Of a DNA stretch of 32,000 nucleotides, positions 23,601 through 32,000 are shown one piece after another; position 1 is the first letter of the stretch, and the number at the start of each line of letters is the position of its first letter. A program made the translations under genes and the position numbers. The stretch covers positions 1 through 32,000 of the forward strand of contig NZ_CP135009.1 in NCBI RefSeq assembly GCF_039383305.1. Direction: 5' to 3'. Under the pieces are notes generated by a model. It worked only from the letters and a program-made list of their open reading frames with translations, searched no databases and was not told where the DNA came from. The stretch comes from Candidatus Saccharimonadota bacterium. Its GTDB lineage: Bacteria > Pseudomonadota > Gammaproteobacteria > Enterobacterales > Enterobacteriaceae.

Positions 23601-24950
23601 ATGTAATTGTATAGCTTTTCCTTCAATTAAAATAGGTTCAAATGCTTGTATTCCTAATCGATGTAAAGTAGGAGCTCTATTTAATAAAATTGGATGTTCA
23701 TGTATTACTTCATCTAAGATATCCCAAACAATAGGTTCTTCATATTCTACCATTTTTTTAGCTGCTTTTATTGTAGTAGCTAAATTTCGATGTTCTAATT
23801 TTCCATAAATGAATGGTTTAAATAATTCTAATGCCATTTTTTTTGGAAGACCACATTGATGTAAACGTAAATATGGACCTACGGTAATTACAGATCTTCC
23901 AGAATAGTCTACTCTTTTTCCTAATAAATTTTGACGAAATCGTCCTTGCTTACCTTTTATCATATCTGCTAAAGATTTTAATGGACGTTTATTGGATCCT
24001 GTAATAGATTTTCCTCGTCGACCATTATCTAATAAAGCATCAATAGCTTCTTGTAACATACGTTTTTCGTTTCGTACAATAATGTCAGGTGCAGATAATT
24101 CTAATAGACGTTTTAGACGATTATTACGATTAATAACACGACGATATAAATCATTTAGATCTGAAGTAGCAAATCTTCCACCATCTAAAGGTACTAAGGG
24201 TCTTAAATCTGGCGGTAAAACTGGTAATACCGTTAAAATCATCCATTCAGGTTTATTTTTAGAGATAATAAGAGATTCTAGAAGTTTGATACGTTTTGTA
24301 ATTTTTTTTTTTTTTGTTTCTGATTGAATTTTTTTGATATCTTCTTTTAATGATAAACAAATATTTTTTAGGTCGAGATTACGTAATAATATTTGAATTG
24401 CTTCGGCGCCCATTTTAGCTTCAAATTCATCCGTAAATTCCTCTAAAGCTTCTAAATATTGTTCTTCAGATAAGATTTGGCATTTTTCTAAATTTGTGAG
24501 TCCAGGATCAATAACAACATACGCTTCAAAATATAAGACTCTTTCTATACTTCTTAAAGGCATATCTAATAATAATCCAATACGTGATGGTAAAGATTTT
24601 AGAAACCAAATGTGCGCTATTGGAGATGCAAGTTCTATATGTCCCATACGATCACGTCGTACTTTACTATGAGTAACTTCAACTCCACACTTTTCACAAA
24701 CAACACCACGATGTTTTAAACGTTTATATTTACCACATAAACATTCAAAATCTTTTATAGGTCCAAAAATTCTAGAACAAAATAATCCATCTCTTTCTGG
24801 TTTAAAAGTTCTATAATTTATTGTTTCTGGTTTTTTAATTTCTCCGAATGACCATGATCTAATAATATCCGGAGAAGCCAGAGAAATTCTGATAGAATCA
24901 AATTCTTCTATTTTATTAGGAATTTTAAAAAATTTTAATAAGTCTTTCAC
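20697..24950 (-). CDS. rpoC: DNA-directed RNA polymerase subunit beta'
   Basis: 1417-aa ORF with a GTG start, as in E. coli (VKDLLKFLK versus MKDLLKFFK here). The zinc-binding [23 protein letters not shown] and the catalytic [12 protein letters not shown] are present. Confidence 0.99.
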   Translation of the reverse strand: MKDLLKFFKIPNKIEEFDSIRISLASPDIIRSWSFGEIKKPETINYRTFKPERDGLFCSRIFGPIKDFECLCGKYKRLKHRGVVCEKCGVEVTHSKVRRDRMGHIELASPIAHIWFLKSLPSRIGLLLDMPLRSIERVLYFEAYVVIDPGLTNLEKCQILSEEQYLEALEEFTDEFEAKMGAEAIQILLRNLDLKNICLSLKEDIKKIQSETKKKKITKRIKLLESLIISKNKPEWMILTVLPVLPPDLRPLVPLDGGRFATSDLNDLYRRVINRNNRLKRLLELSAPDIIVRNEKRMLQEAIDALLDNGRRGKSITGSNKRPLKSLADMIKGKQGRFRQNLLGKRVDYSGRSVITVGPYLRLHQCGLPKKMALELFKPFIYGKLEHRNLATTIKAAKKMVEYEEPIVWDILDEVIHEHPILLNRAPTLHRLGIQAFEPILIEGKAIQLHPLVCAAYNADFDGDQMAVHIPLTKEAQNEARSLMMSTNNILSPANGEPIIVPSQDVVLGIYYMTRGKLYAKGENMILSGSYEAEKLYHLGLVSLHAYVKIRIIEYKKKNNKLKIKDKKIIKTTIGRAILWNIVPHGLPFHMINKTLGKNDISQLINSCYRILGIKPTVTFADQIMYTGFSYAAKSGTSVGINDMKVPKKKSQIITEAKQEVSEIQKQFQSGLVTAGEKYNKIIDIWTTANEKIASAMMKNISTEYIKDKEGKLKIQPSFNNIFIMADSGARGSAAQIRQLAGMRGLMAKPDGSIIETPIIANFKEGLNVLQYFISTHGARKGLADTALKTSNSGYLTRRLVDVAQDLVVTEDNCNTKKGITLTSLIEGGDIKEALQDRVLGRVTIEDIMQPNTKNIIVPKNTLLNEKWCTLLTKYSIDSIQVRSVVNCKTTFGVCATCYGRDLARGELVQKGEAIGVIAAQSIGEPGTQLTMRTFHIGGAASRAASESSIQIRYDGIINLNNSKSVINSEGKLVITSRNVELKMIDKFGKTKENYKLPYGSILTKGHGKKAKSGEIIAQWDPHTIPVITEVNGYIQFVDMIEGQSITRQADELTGLSSIIILDTSERTITGKDLRPSLKILNKYGKNILIPGTDMPAQYFLPGKTIVQLENGMKITSGDTLARVPQESSGTKDITGGLPRVADLFEARRPKEAAILAEISGIVSFGKETKGKRRLILTPSNIQDTFEVMIPKWRQLNVFEGERVEKGDIISDGPESPHDILRLRGVQAVTKYIVHEVQEVYRLQGVKINDKHIEVIVRQMLRKATITQSGNSEFLPGEQLEYSKITIINNILKQKKKILSTFSRDLLGITKASLATESFISAASFQETTRVLTEASVAGKKDKLRGLKENVIVGRLIPAGTGYSYHKNRISQKTKKEKKIQKNINFSIMNSQSSSSINAEKASASLSELLNSTENIK

Positions 24951-25032
24951 GGATCAGGTCTCGTTAGTATAAGAAAGGGTATACGAGAAGTATAAGGGAA
25001 TTTTCTAGTAATTTTATTTTAAATATAATTAT

Positions 25033-28000
25033 TTAATCATTTTCTAGTTCTATATTAATACCTAAAGAACGTATTTCTTTTAATAATACATTAAATGATT
25101 CTGGCATTCCTGGTTCCATTTTTTGTTTACCACTTACAATATTTTTATACATTTTAGTGCGTCCATTTACATCATCTGATTTTACAGTTAACATTTCTTG
25201 TAAAGTATGTGAAGCTCCATAAGCTTCCAATGCCCAGACTTCCATTTCTCCAAAACGTTGACCACCGAATTGAGCTTTTCCTCCTAATGGTTGTTGTGTA
25301 ATAAGACTATATGATCCGGTAGATCTTGCATGCATTTTATCATCGACTAAATGGTTTAATTTTAACATGTACATATATCCTACAGTGACATCTTGCTCGA
25401 ATTTTTCTCCGGTTCTGCCATCAAATAAAGTGATTTGCCCTGAACTAGGTAAATTACCTAATTTTAATAAATTTTTAATTTCTTGTTCTTGCGCTCCATC
25501 AAAAACTGGAGTTGCTATTGGCATTCCATTTTGTAAATTTTTTGCTAATGTGAAAATTTCTTCAGGAGAAAAATTTTTTAAATTAACTTTTTGAAATGTA
25601 TTGTTACCTAAATCATATGCTTTTTGTATAAATTTTTGAATTTTTTTTAGATCTTTTTTGGTTTTTAACATATTATGAATAACATCACCTATTCCTTTGG
25701 AGGCTAATCCTAAATGAGTTTCTAATATTTGCCCGATATTCATTCTGGATGGCACTCCTAATGGATTTAAGACAATGTCTACTGGATTACCATGAATATC
25801 ATATGGCATATCTTCGACTGGATTAATTTTTGAAATTACGCCTTTATTACCATGACGTCCAGCCATTTTATCTCCTGGTTGAACTTGTCGTTTAGTAGCT
25901 AAATATACTTTTACAATTTTTAAAATTCCAGGAGATAATTCATCACCTTCTGTAATTTTTTTATTTCTAATATATAATTTTTTTTTAAATTTTTTTTTTA
26001 AATTTTTGTATTGTTTTTCAAATTGTAAAAGAATTTTTTGCATTTCTGGATTTTTTTTAAATTTTATTTTAAAATATTTTTCTATGGAGTCTGTAGATTT
26101 AATTAAATGATATAATTTTTTATGAAGAAAAATTTTTTGAATGCGTTTAATAATATTTTTTTCAAAAATTTTAAGTTCAATAATAAGTTTTTCTTTAATT
26201 TTTTTTAATTGCATAGTTTCAATTTCTAAAGTTCGTTTGTCTTTTTTGACTCCTTCTCGTGTAAAAATTTGTACGTCAATAATAGTTCCTAAAGAACCAT
26301 TCGGAACTCTTAATGAAGAATCTCTTACATCGGAGGCTTTTTCTCCAAAAATTGCTCGTAATAATTTTTCTTCTGGTGTTAATTGAGTTTCTCCTTTCGG
26401 AGTCACTTTTCCGACTAGTATATCTCCACTTTTAACTTCTGCGCCAATATATACAATACCTGAATCGTCTAGTTTAGATAAAGAAGATTCATTAATATTA
26501 GGAATATCAGCTGTAATTTCTTCAGCACCTAATTTAGTATCTCTAGCAATACATGACAATTCTTGAATGTGTATAGTAGTAAATTTTTCTTGTTGAATAA
26601 CTTTTTCTGAAATTAAAATAGAATCTTCAAAATTATATCCATTCCAGGGCATAAAAGCGACTCTCATGTTTTGTCCTAATGCTAATTCACCTAAATCTGT
26701 TGCTGGACCATCTGCCAATATATTTCCTTTAGAAATTTTTTCATTTAAAAATACACATGGAATTTGATTAATACAAGTGTTTTGATTAGATCTTAAATAT
26801 TTGTTTAAATAATAAATATCTATTCCAAAATTTTCATTAGTAATTTTTTTTTCAGAAATTTTTACAACAATTTTTGAAGCATCAGAATATTGTATTGTAC
26901 CGCTTCTTTTAGCAATAATTGTAACTCCGGAATCGATTGCTACTATTCTCTCCATTCCAGTGCCTACTAACGGTTTTTCTGCTCTTAATGTAGGTACTGC
27001 TTGTCTTTGCATATTTGCACCCATAAGAGCTCGATTTGCATCATCATGTTCTAAGAATGGAATTAAAGAGGCACCGACAGAAACAATTTGTTGTGTTGAA
27101 ATATCAATGTAATTTACTTTTTTTTTAGGAAATAATCCAGATTCTCCGTTATAACGGCAAATAATATTATTTTTTTTTAATTCATTATCTTTGTTAATTT
27201 CGGTATTAGCTTGAGCAATGATGTAATTATTTTCTTCTATTGCTGAAAGATAATGTATATTTTTAGTAACTTTTCCTTTTATTATTTGTTGGTATGGTGT
27301 TTCTAAAAAACCATATTGATTAGTTTGAGCGTATATTGCTAAAGAATTTATTAATCCAATATTTGGTCCTTCTGGAGTTTCTATAGGGCATACTCTTCCA
27401 TAGTGTGTAGGATGAACATCTCGTACTTCAAATCCAGCTCTTTCACGTGTTAATCCTCCTACTCCTAATGCAGAAATTCTTCTTTTATGTGTAATTTCTG
27501 ATAATGGATTATTTTGATCCATAAATTGGGATAGTTGACTAGAACTAAAAAATTCTTTAATAGCTGCTGAAATTGGTTTAGCATTAATCATATCTTGAGG
27601 CATTATAGTATCTAGATCAGCAATAGATAATTTTTCTTTTACAGCCCTTTCAACGCGAATTAAACCTATTCGAAATTGATTTTCTGTCATTTCTCCTACA
27701 GAACGAATTCTACGATTACCTAAATGATCAATATCATCAATTTCTCCTTTCCCATTACGAATAGAAATTAATTTCTTAATGACTTTAATAATGTCAGAAG
27801 TACTTAAAAGACTAGATCCTTTTAATTCTTTTCTTTTTAAGGATCGATTTAATTTCATTCTTCCGACGGGTGATAAATCATATTTTTCAACAGAAAAAAA
27901 TAAATTTTCAAATAAGTTTTCTGTAGATTCTTTTGTAGGTGGTTCTCCGGGTCTCATCATACGATAAATTTCTGTTAGTGCTGTTAAGCGATCAGATGTA

Positions 28001-29064
28001 GAATCTATTTTTAATGTTTCGGAAATATATGATCCATGATCTAAATCATTTGTAAAGAGTACATCTATTTTTTTAAATCCAGAATTTTTTAATAAAGAAA
28101 TAATTTCTAAAGATAATTGTGTGTTAGCAGTAGCTAAAATTTTTCCAGATTTTTTGTCAAAATAATTTTTAATTAGAGTTTTTTGTAATAAATATTCAAT
28201 AGGCACTTTAATGTATTTTACATTATCTTTTTCAAGATTTTGAATATGTCGTGTAGTAACACGTTTTCCTTTTTCTATATAAATTTTTTTATTATATATA
28301 ATGTCAAATGAAGTTGTTTCTCCTCTTAATCTTTTAGGAATTAATATCATTTTAAAATGTTTTTTTTGTATATAAAAAGTATCTTTTTTAAAAAAAATTT
28401 TTAAAATATTTTCTGTATTTAGATTTAAAGCACGTAGTAGAATGGTAATGGGTAATTTTCTTCTACGATCGATTCTAACGTATAGAATATCTTTTGGATC
28501 AAATTCAAAATCTAGCCAGGATCCTCTATATGGTATAATTCTTGCATTGAACAATACTTTTCCTGAGGAATGCGTTTTTCCTTTGTCACTATCGAAAAAT
28601 ACTCCTGGGCTACGATGTAATTGTGATACTACTACTCTTTCAGTTCCGTTAATTACAAAAGTTCCTGTATTAGTAATTAATGGAATATCTCCCATATAGA
28701 CTTTTTGTTCTTTTATATGTTTAATAGTTTTTTCAGTTGTATCTTTTTCATAAATAATTAATTGTAATTTTACACGTAAAGGTGCAGAGTAAGTTAATCC
28801 GCGAATTCGACATTCTTGAACATTAAAAATATTTTTTCCTAATTTGTAAGAAATATATTTTAATTTTGCAAGAAAATTATAACTATAAATTGGAAAAATT
28901 GAATGAAAAGCAGATTCTAAACCAGATTTTTCTGGAGGATTTTTTTTTAGGAATTTACGATAAGAATCTAATTGAATAAACAATAAATAAGGTATATCAA
29001 TTTTTTTTTTTTGTTTTCCGAAATTTTTACGAATTCGTTTTTTTTCAGTATTCGAGTAAACCAT
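25033..29064 (-). CDS. rpoB: DNA-directed RNA polymerase subunit beta
   Basis: 1343-aa [20 protein letters not shown] and [13 protein letters not shown] match E. coli, and the rifampicin-cluster region [30 protein letters not shown] is present. Confidence 0.99.
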   Translation of the reverse strand: MVYSNTEKKRIRKNFGKQKKKIDIPYLLFIQLDSYRKFLKKNPPEKSGLESAFHSIFPIYSYNFLAKLKYISYKLGKNIFNVQECRIRGLTYSAPLRVKLQLIIYEKDTTEKTIKHIKEQKVYMGDIPLITNTGTFVINGTERVVVSQLHRSPGVFFDSDKGKTHSSGKVLFNARIIPYRGSWLDFEFDPKDILYVRIDRRRKLPITILLRALNLNTENILKIFFKKDTFYIQKKHFKMILIPKRLRGETTSFDIIYNKKIYIEKGKRVTTRHIQNLEKDNVKYIKVPIEYLLQKTLIKNYFDKKSGKILATANTQLSLEIISLLKNSGFKKIDVLFTNDLDHGSYISETLKIDSTSDRLTALTEIYRMMRPGEPPTKESTENLFENLFFSVEKYDLSPVGRMKLNRSLKRKELKGSSLLSTSDIIKVIKKLISIRNGKGEIDDIDHLGNRRIRSVGEMTENQFRIGLIRVERAVKEKLSIADLDTIMPQDMINAKPISAAIKEFFSSSQLSQFMDQNNPLSEITHKRRISALGVGGLTRERAGFEVRDVHPTHYGRVCPIETPEGPNIGLINSLAIYAQTNQYGFLETPYQQIIKGKVTKNIHYLSAIEENNYIIAQANTEINKDNELKKNNIICRYNGESGLFPKKKVNYIDISTQQIVSVGASLIPFLEHDDANRALMGANMQRQAVPTLRAEKPLVGTGMERIVAIDSGVTIIAKRSGTIQYSDASKIVVKISEKKITNENFGIDIYYLNKYLRSNQNTCINQIPCVFLNEKISKGNILADGPATDLGELALGQNMRVAFMPWNGYNFEDSILISEKVIQQEKFTTIHIQELSCIARDTKLGAEEITADIPNINESSLSKLDDSGIVYIGAEVKSGDILVGKVTPKGETQLTPEEKLLRAIFGEKASDVRDSSLRVPNGSLGTIIDVQIFTREGVKKDKRTLEIETMQLKKIKEKLIIELKIFEKNIIKRIQKIFLHKKLYHLIKSTDSIEKYFKIKFKKNPEMQKILLQFEKQYKNLKKKFKKKLYIRNKKITEGDELSPGILKIVKVYLATKRQVQPGDKMAGRHGNKGVISKINPVEDMPYDIHGNPVDIVLNPLGVPSRMNIGQILETHLGLASKGIGDVIHNMLKTKKDLKKIQKFIQKAYDLGNNTFQKVNLKNFSPEEIFTLAKNLQNGMPIATPVFDGAQEQEIKNLLKLGNLPSSGQITLFDGRTGEKFEQDVTVGYMYMLKLNHLVDDKMHARSTGSYSLITQQPLGGKAQFGGQRFGEMEVWALEAYGASHTLQEMLTVKSDDVNGRTKMYKNIVSGKQKMEPGMPESFNVLLKEIRSLGINIELEND

Positions 29065-29192
29065 TATTTTCCTTATTTTTTTAGAAAAGATAAATGATAT
29101 ATTTAGATTTTTTAAAAATATAAAAAATATTTTTTTTATAGTTTTACATATTAAAAATTTAATAAAATATAAATTTTTAAAGTGAAAATATA

Positions 29193-29216
29193 GCTGGTGA
29201 TTTTTATGTCACCAGC
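29193..29216 (-). terminator. rplL-rpoB intergenic hairpin (candidate attenuator or partial terminator)
   Basis: On the transcribed minus strand, GCTGGTGA-cataaaaa-TCACCAGC forms an 8-bp stem followed by TATATTTTCAC, 51 nt after the rplL stop. An overlapping alternative stem ATGTC/GACAT lies at 29206-29221. E. coli has an attenuator at the equivalent position. Confidence 0.5.
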
Positions 29217-29266
29217 GACATAAGTTATATAATTATAGTATTTGAAATTTTAATAATATTTTATAT

Positions 29267-29635
29267 TTATATAATATCTACTTGCGCTCCAGCATCTATT
29301 AATATTTTTTTTAAATTTTCTGATTCTTCTTTATTAATTTTTTCTTTAACGAGTACAGGTGCTGATTCTACTAAATCTTTAGATTCTTTTAAACCTAAAC
29401 CAGTAGTTGCTCTAATTGCTTTAATTACAGAAACTTTATTTGGACCTATAGCATTTAATTTTACATTAAATTCTGTTTTTTCTTCTTTAACAATATTTTT
29501 GGAAGATTCAGAATTTTTAATAGGCAAAGAAGCAGAAACATTAAATTTTTTTTCTATTTTAGAAATTAAAGACATTATTTCTTTAATTGACATTTTTGAG
29601 ATAGCAGTAATAATTTCTTTAGTAGTTAATGACAT
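29267..29635 (-). CDS. rplL: 50S ribosomal protein L7/L12
   Basis: The ORF-track frame is 29267-29662. Homology places the start at the third Met (ATG at 29635): [35 protein letters not shown] against E. coli [35 protein letters not shown]. The C-terminus [18 protein letters not shown] is conserved. Confidence 0.95.
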   Translation of the reverse strand: MSLTTKEIITAISKMSIKEIMSLISKIEKKFNVSASLPIKNSESSKNIVKEEKTEFNVKLNAIGPNKVSVIKAIRATTGLGLKESKDLVESAPVLVKEKINKEESENLKKILIDAGAQVDII

Positions 29636-29679
29636 AATCATAGTTCCTAATGTCGGATTCAATATTTATAAATATTTTT

Positions 29680-30168
29680 TTATTTTTTTTGAGTTATGTT
29701 AAATAATATTCGTAATAATTTTCTAATGCTAATTTCTTGGAATAGAAATAATAATTGTTGAAGGGCTTCAGAATATGTAGGTATTAATGAAAGTTTTTTA
29801 ATTTCTGAATTTGATAAAATTTTTCCTTCAAAAATTGCAGTTTTAATTTTAAAATTTTTATTTTTTTTTGCATAATTTAAAAAAATTCTACTTGCGCTAC
29901 CTGGGTGTTTCATAGAAAATGCTAATAAAGTTGTTCCTTTTAATATTTTATTAAGTATTGAAAAAGGAGTAGATATGAGTGATTTTTTTAATAAAGTATT
30001 TTTTACAACAGAAATTATTACATTTTTTAATCTATTTTTTTGACGTAAATAATTAATTTCATTAACTGTAATTTTTGAAATATCTGCAATAATTAAAGAA
30101 AAAGCTTTTTTTGCTAGGGTATGATATGTTTTAATAATTTTTTTTTTTTGTATTATTGTTAACGCCAT
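29680..30168 (-). CDS. rplJ: 50S ribosomal protein L10
   Basis: 162-aa ORF. MALTIIQKK, VVKNTLLKKSL, LLAFSMKHPGSASRIF and LIPTYSEALQQL parallel E. coli L10. The rplJ-rplL synteny is retained. Confidence 0.93.
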   Translation of the reverse strand: MALTIIQKKKIIKTYHTLAKKAFSLIIADISKITVNEINYLRQKNRLKNVIISVVKNTLLKKSLISTPFSILNKILKGTTLLAFSMKHPGSASRIFLNYAKKNKNFKIKTAIFEGKILSNSEIKKLSLIPTYSEALQQLLFLFQEISIRKLLRILFNITQKK

Positions 30169-30335
30169 TTTTTTTTCTCTATAATTTAAATTTTATAAAT
30201 TTTTATAAAATTTTTTTATATAATTTTTGAATATTAATTAATATATTATTTTAAGGTATGATAAAATTTTTTAAAAAAAATAAAATTTAAAATTTTAAAT
30301 ATTTCTATATAATTTCATATATAATAAGATATTTA

Positions 30336-31025
30336 TTAAAGAGATATATGATTAACTATGATACTAGGACTCATCGTAGTAGATAAAGATATTTTTTTAA
30401 AATAGAATCCTTTTAATTGAGGTGGTTTAGAATTTTTAATATGTTGTAATAAAAATAATAAATTTTCATATAATTGGGTGGTAGAAAAATTAATTTTTCC
30501 AAATGTGCTATGAATAATTCCATATTTATCATTACGACATTTTATTTTACCTTTTCGAAGTTCTTGAATAGTATTTTTTAAATTGTCAGTAATTGTTCCA
30601 TCTTTTTTATTAGGCATAAATCCTTTAGGTCCTAATATTAATCCTAAATTTTTTATAAATTGCATAGCGTCTGGAGTAGCTAAAACATAATCAATTTTTT
30701 TTTTTTTTTTTTTAATAATATCTAATATAGATTCCATACCAGAAAAATCAGCTCCTATTTTCAAGGCTTTTTTTTGATTTTCAGGAGAAGTAAAGACTGC
30801 AATAGTAATTTTTTTTCCTGTACCATGGGGTAGAATTACTGTATTTCGTATATTTTGTTCTGATTTTTTAGAATTTATAGATAATTGACAAGCAAGATCT
30901 ACACTTTCTGTAAATTTTGTTGGTACAAATTTTTTTAAAATTTTTATTCCATCTTTTATTTTGTAAATTTTTTTTTTTATAAAAATTTTTATATTTTTTT
31001 TATTTCTTTTGGAAATTTTTTTCAT
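30336..31025 (-). CDS. rplA: 50S ribosomal protein L1
   Basis: 229-aa ORF. KFTESVDLACQL, VILPHGTGKKITIAVFT, ATPDAMQFIKNLGLILGPKGFMPN, GIIHSTFGKINF and ISLSTTM match E. coli L1. Confidence 0.96.
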   Translation of the reverse strand: MKKISKRNKKNIKIFIKKKIYKIKDGIKILKKFVPTKFTESVDLACQLSINSKKSEQNIRNTVILPHGTGKKITIAVFTSPENQKKALKIGADFSGMESILDIIKKKKKKIDYVLATPDAMQFIKNLGLILGPKGFMPNKKDGTITDNLKNTIQELRKGKIKCRNDKYGIIHSTFGKINFSTTQLYENLLFLLQHIKNSKPPQLKGFYFKKISLSTTMSPSIIVNHISL

Positions 31026-31030
31026 AATTT

Positions 31031-31462
31031 TTATTCCTGAATAACTTTGATTCCCATTGATTTAGCAGTACCTTCAATAGAATTAGCAATTTTTTCTAAA
31101 TTTGAGCCTGTCATATCAGTAATTTTTTGTTGCGCTATTTCATATATATTTTTTTTAGTAATAGTAGCTACAGTAATTTTTTTTGGTTTTTGAGATCCTT
31201 TTTTTATGTTTGCTATTTTTTTTAATAAAACAGAAGCAGGAGGTGTTTTAATTATAAAAGAAAAAGATTTATCAGAATATACAGTTATAATTACTGGAGT
31301 AGGAATTCCTTTTTCTATCTTAGAAGTTTTTAAATTAAATTGTTTACAAAATTCCATGATATTAATTCCTTTTTGCCCTAAGGCTGGACCGACTGGAGGG
31401 CTAGGATTAGCCATACCTGATAATATTTGTAATTTAATATAAGTATTTATTTTTTTAAGCAT
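31031..31462 (-). CDS. rplK: 50S ribosomal protein L11
   Basis: 143-aa [38 protein letters not shown] and [10 protein letters not shown] are nearly identical to E. coli L11. Confidence 0.98.
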   Translation of the reverse strand: MLKKINTYIKLQILSGMANPSPPVGPALGQKGINIMEFCKQFNLKTSKIEKGIPTPVIITVYSDKSFSFIIKTPPASVLLKKIANIKKGSQKPKKITVATITKKNIYEIAQQKITDMTGSNLEKIANSIEGTAKSMGIKVIQE

Positions 31463-31490
31463 ATATATTCTCTTTGATATAAAATTATTG

Positions 31491-32000
31491 TTAATTTTTT
31501 GTAACTTGATTAAAATCTAATTCTACGGGGGTAGATCTGCCAAAAATAGATATGGAAACTTTGAGTCTATTTTTTTCATAATCAATATTTTCTACAATAC
31601 CATTAAAATCTGAAAAAGGTCCTTCTTTTACTCGTATAGTTTCTCCTGGTTCAAAAATAATTTTGGGTCTAGGTTTATTATGAATTTTTTTTAATTTTTG
31701 TAAAATTTTATCAATTTCTTTCTTATTAATTGGGGTAGGTTTATCAGGAGAGCTACCGACAAAACCTGTAACTTTAGGTAATTTTCGAATGACATGCCAA
31801 TTTACATTATTCATAATCATATATACTAAAATATATCCTGGAAAAAATTTATATTCACTTTTTTTTCGTTGACCTTTAATAATTTCGATTACTTCTTCAG
31901 AAGGTACTAAAATTTTTCCAAATTCTTTATTTAAATTATTTAAAGTAATATATTCACGAATAGATTCTGCTACAGTATTTTCAAATCCAGAAAATGCTTG
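31491..32000 (-). CDS. nusG: Transcription termination/antitermination factor NusG (5' end outside the window)
   Basis: The ORF track starts at an internal Met (31820), but the frame stays open to the window edge. The upstream translation [18 protein letters not shown]...[31 protein letters not shown] matches E. coli NusG QAFSGFEGRVATSLREHI...[31 protein letters not shown]. The KOW region [45 protein letters not shown] is conserved. Confidence 0.95.
   Translation of the reverse strand, partial: QAFSGFENTVAESIREYITLNNLNKEFGKILVPSEEVIEIIKGQRKKSEYKFFPGYILVYMIMNNVNWHVIRKLPKVTGFVGSSPDKPTPINKKEIDKILQKLKKIHNKPRPKIIFEPGETIRVKEGPFSDFNGIVENIDYEKNRLKVSISIFGRSTPVELDFNQVTKN

Noticed and set aside
23992-24327. 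Short ORFs antisense inside rpoC (23992-24327) and rpoB (25367-25594, 26141-26386, 27779-27967, 28442-28699).
   Set aside because: All are embedded antisense in strongly conserved RNA polymerase genes. They have no ribosome-binding sites and no recognisable protein features, so they are chance open frames.

Overview
This window is a very AT-rich, gene-dense stretch of a highly reduced gammaproteobacterial (Enterobacterales-type) obligate endosymbiont chromosome. Gene content and order point to Buchnera aphidicola or a very close analogue: mnmG / gyrB-dnaN-dnaA / rpmH-rnpA-yidC-mnmE / tRNA-Phe / groES-groEL / dnaC / rsmD / ftsY / rpoH / metE / rpoC-rpoB-rplL-rplJ-rplA-rplK-nusG. I can support 22 protein-coding genes (all housekeeping, all recognisable against the E. 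coli orthologues), one tRNA, three GC-containing hairpin terminators or attenuators, and two candidate promoters. I see no mobile elements, CRISPR array, defence or toxin genes, or orphan ORFs, and I find no evidence of a new multi-gene system. Every ORF-track entry not listed as a feature lies antisense inside a conserved gene. The one object the housekeeping annotation does not explain is a perfectly homogeneous 16-bp x 52.5-copy tandem array (1931-2770). It fills the convergent mnmG-gyrB spacer, at the position where, as I recall, related genomes carry the atp operon close to the replication origin. Each unit carries a GATC, a weak DnaA-box-like 9-mer and a -10-like hexamer, and a near-consensus DnaA box abuts the array. 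Whether the array is real, polymorphic or functional cannot be decided from the sequence alone. Secondary observations are very long in-frame homopolymer tracts in essential genes, an FtsY lacking the A domain, an unusually GC-rich rpoB-rpoC spacer, and several gene losses relative to the enterobacterial order. GC skew, database searches and RNA folding energies were not computed.
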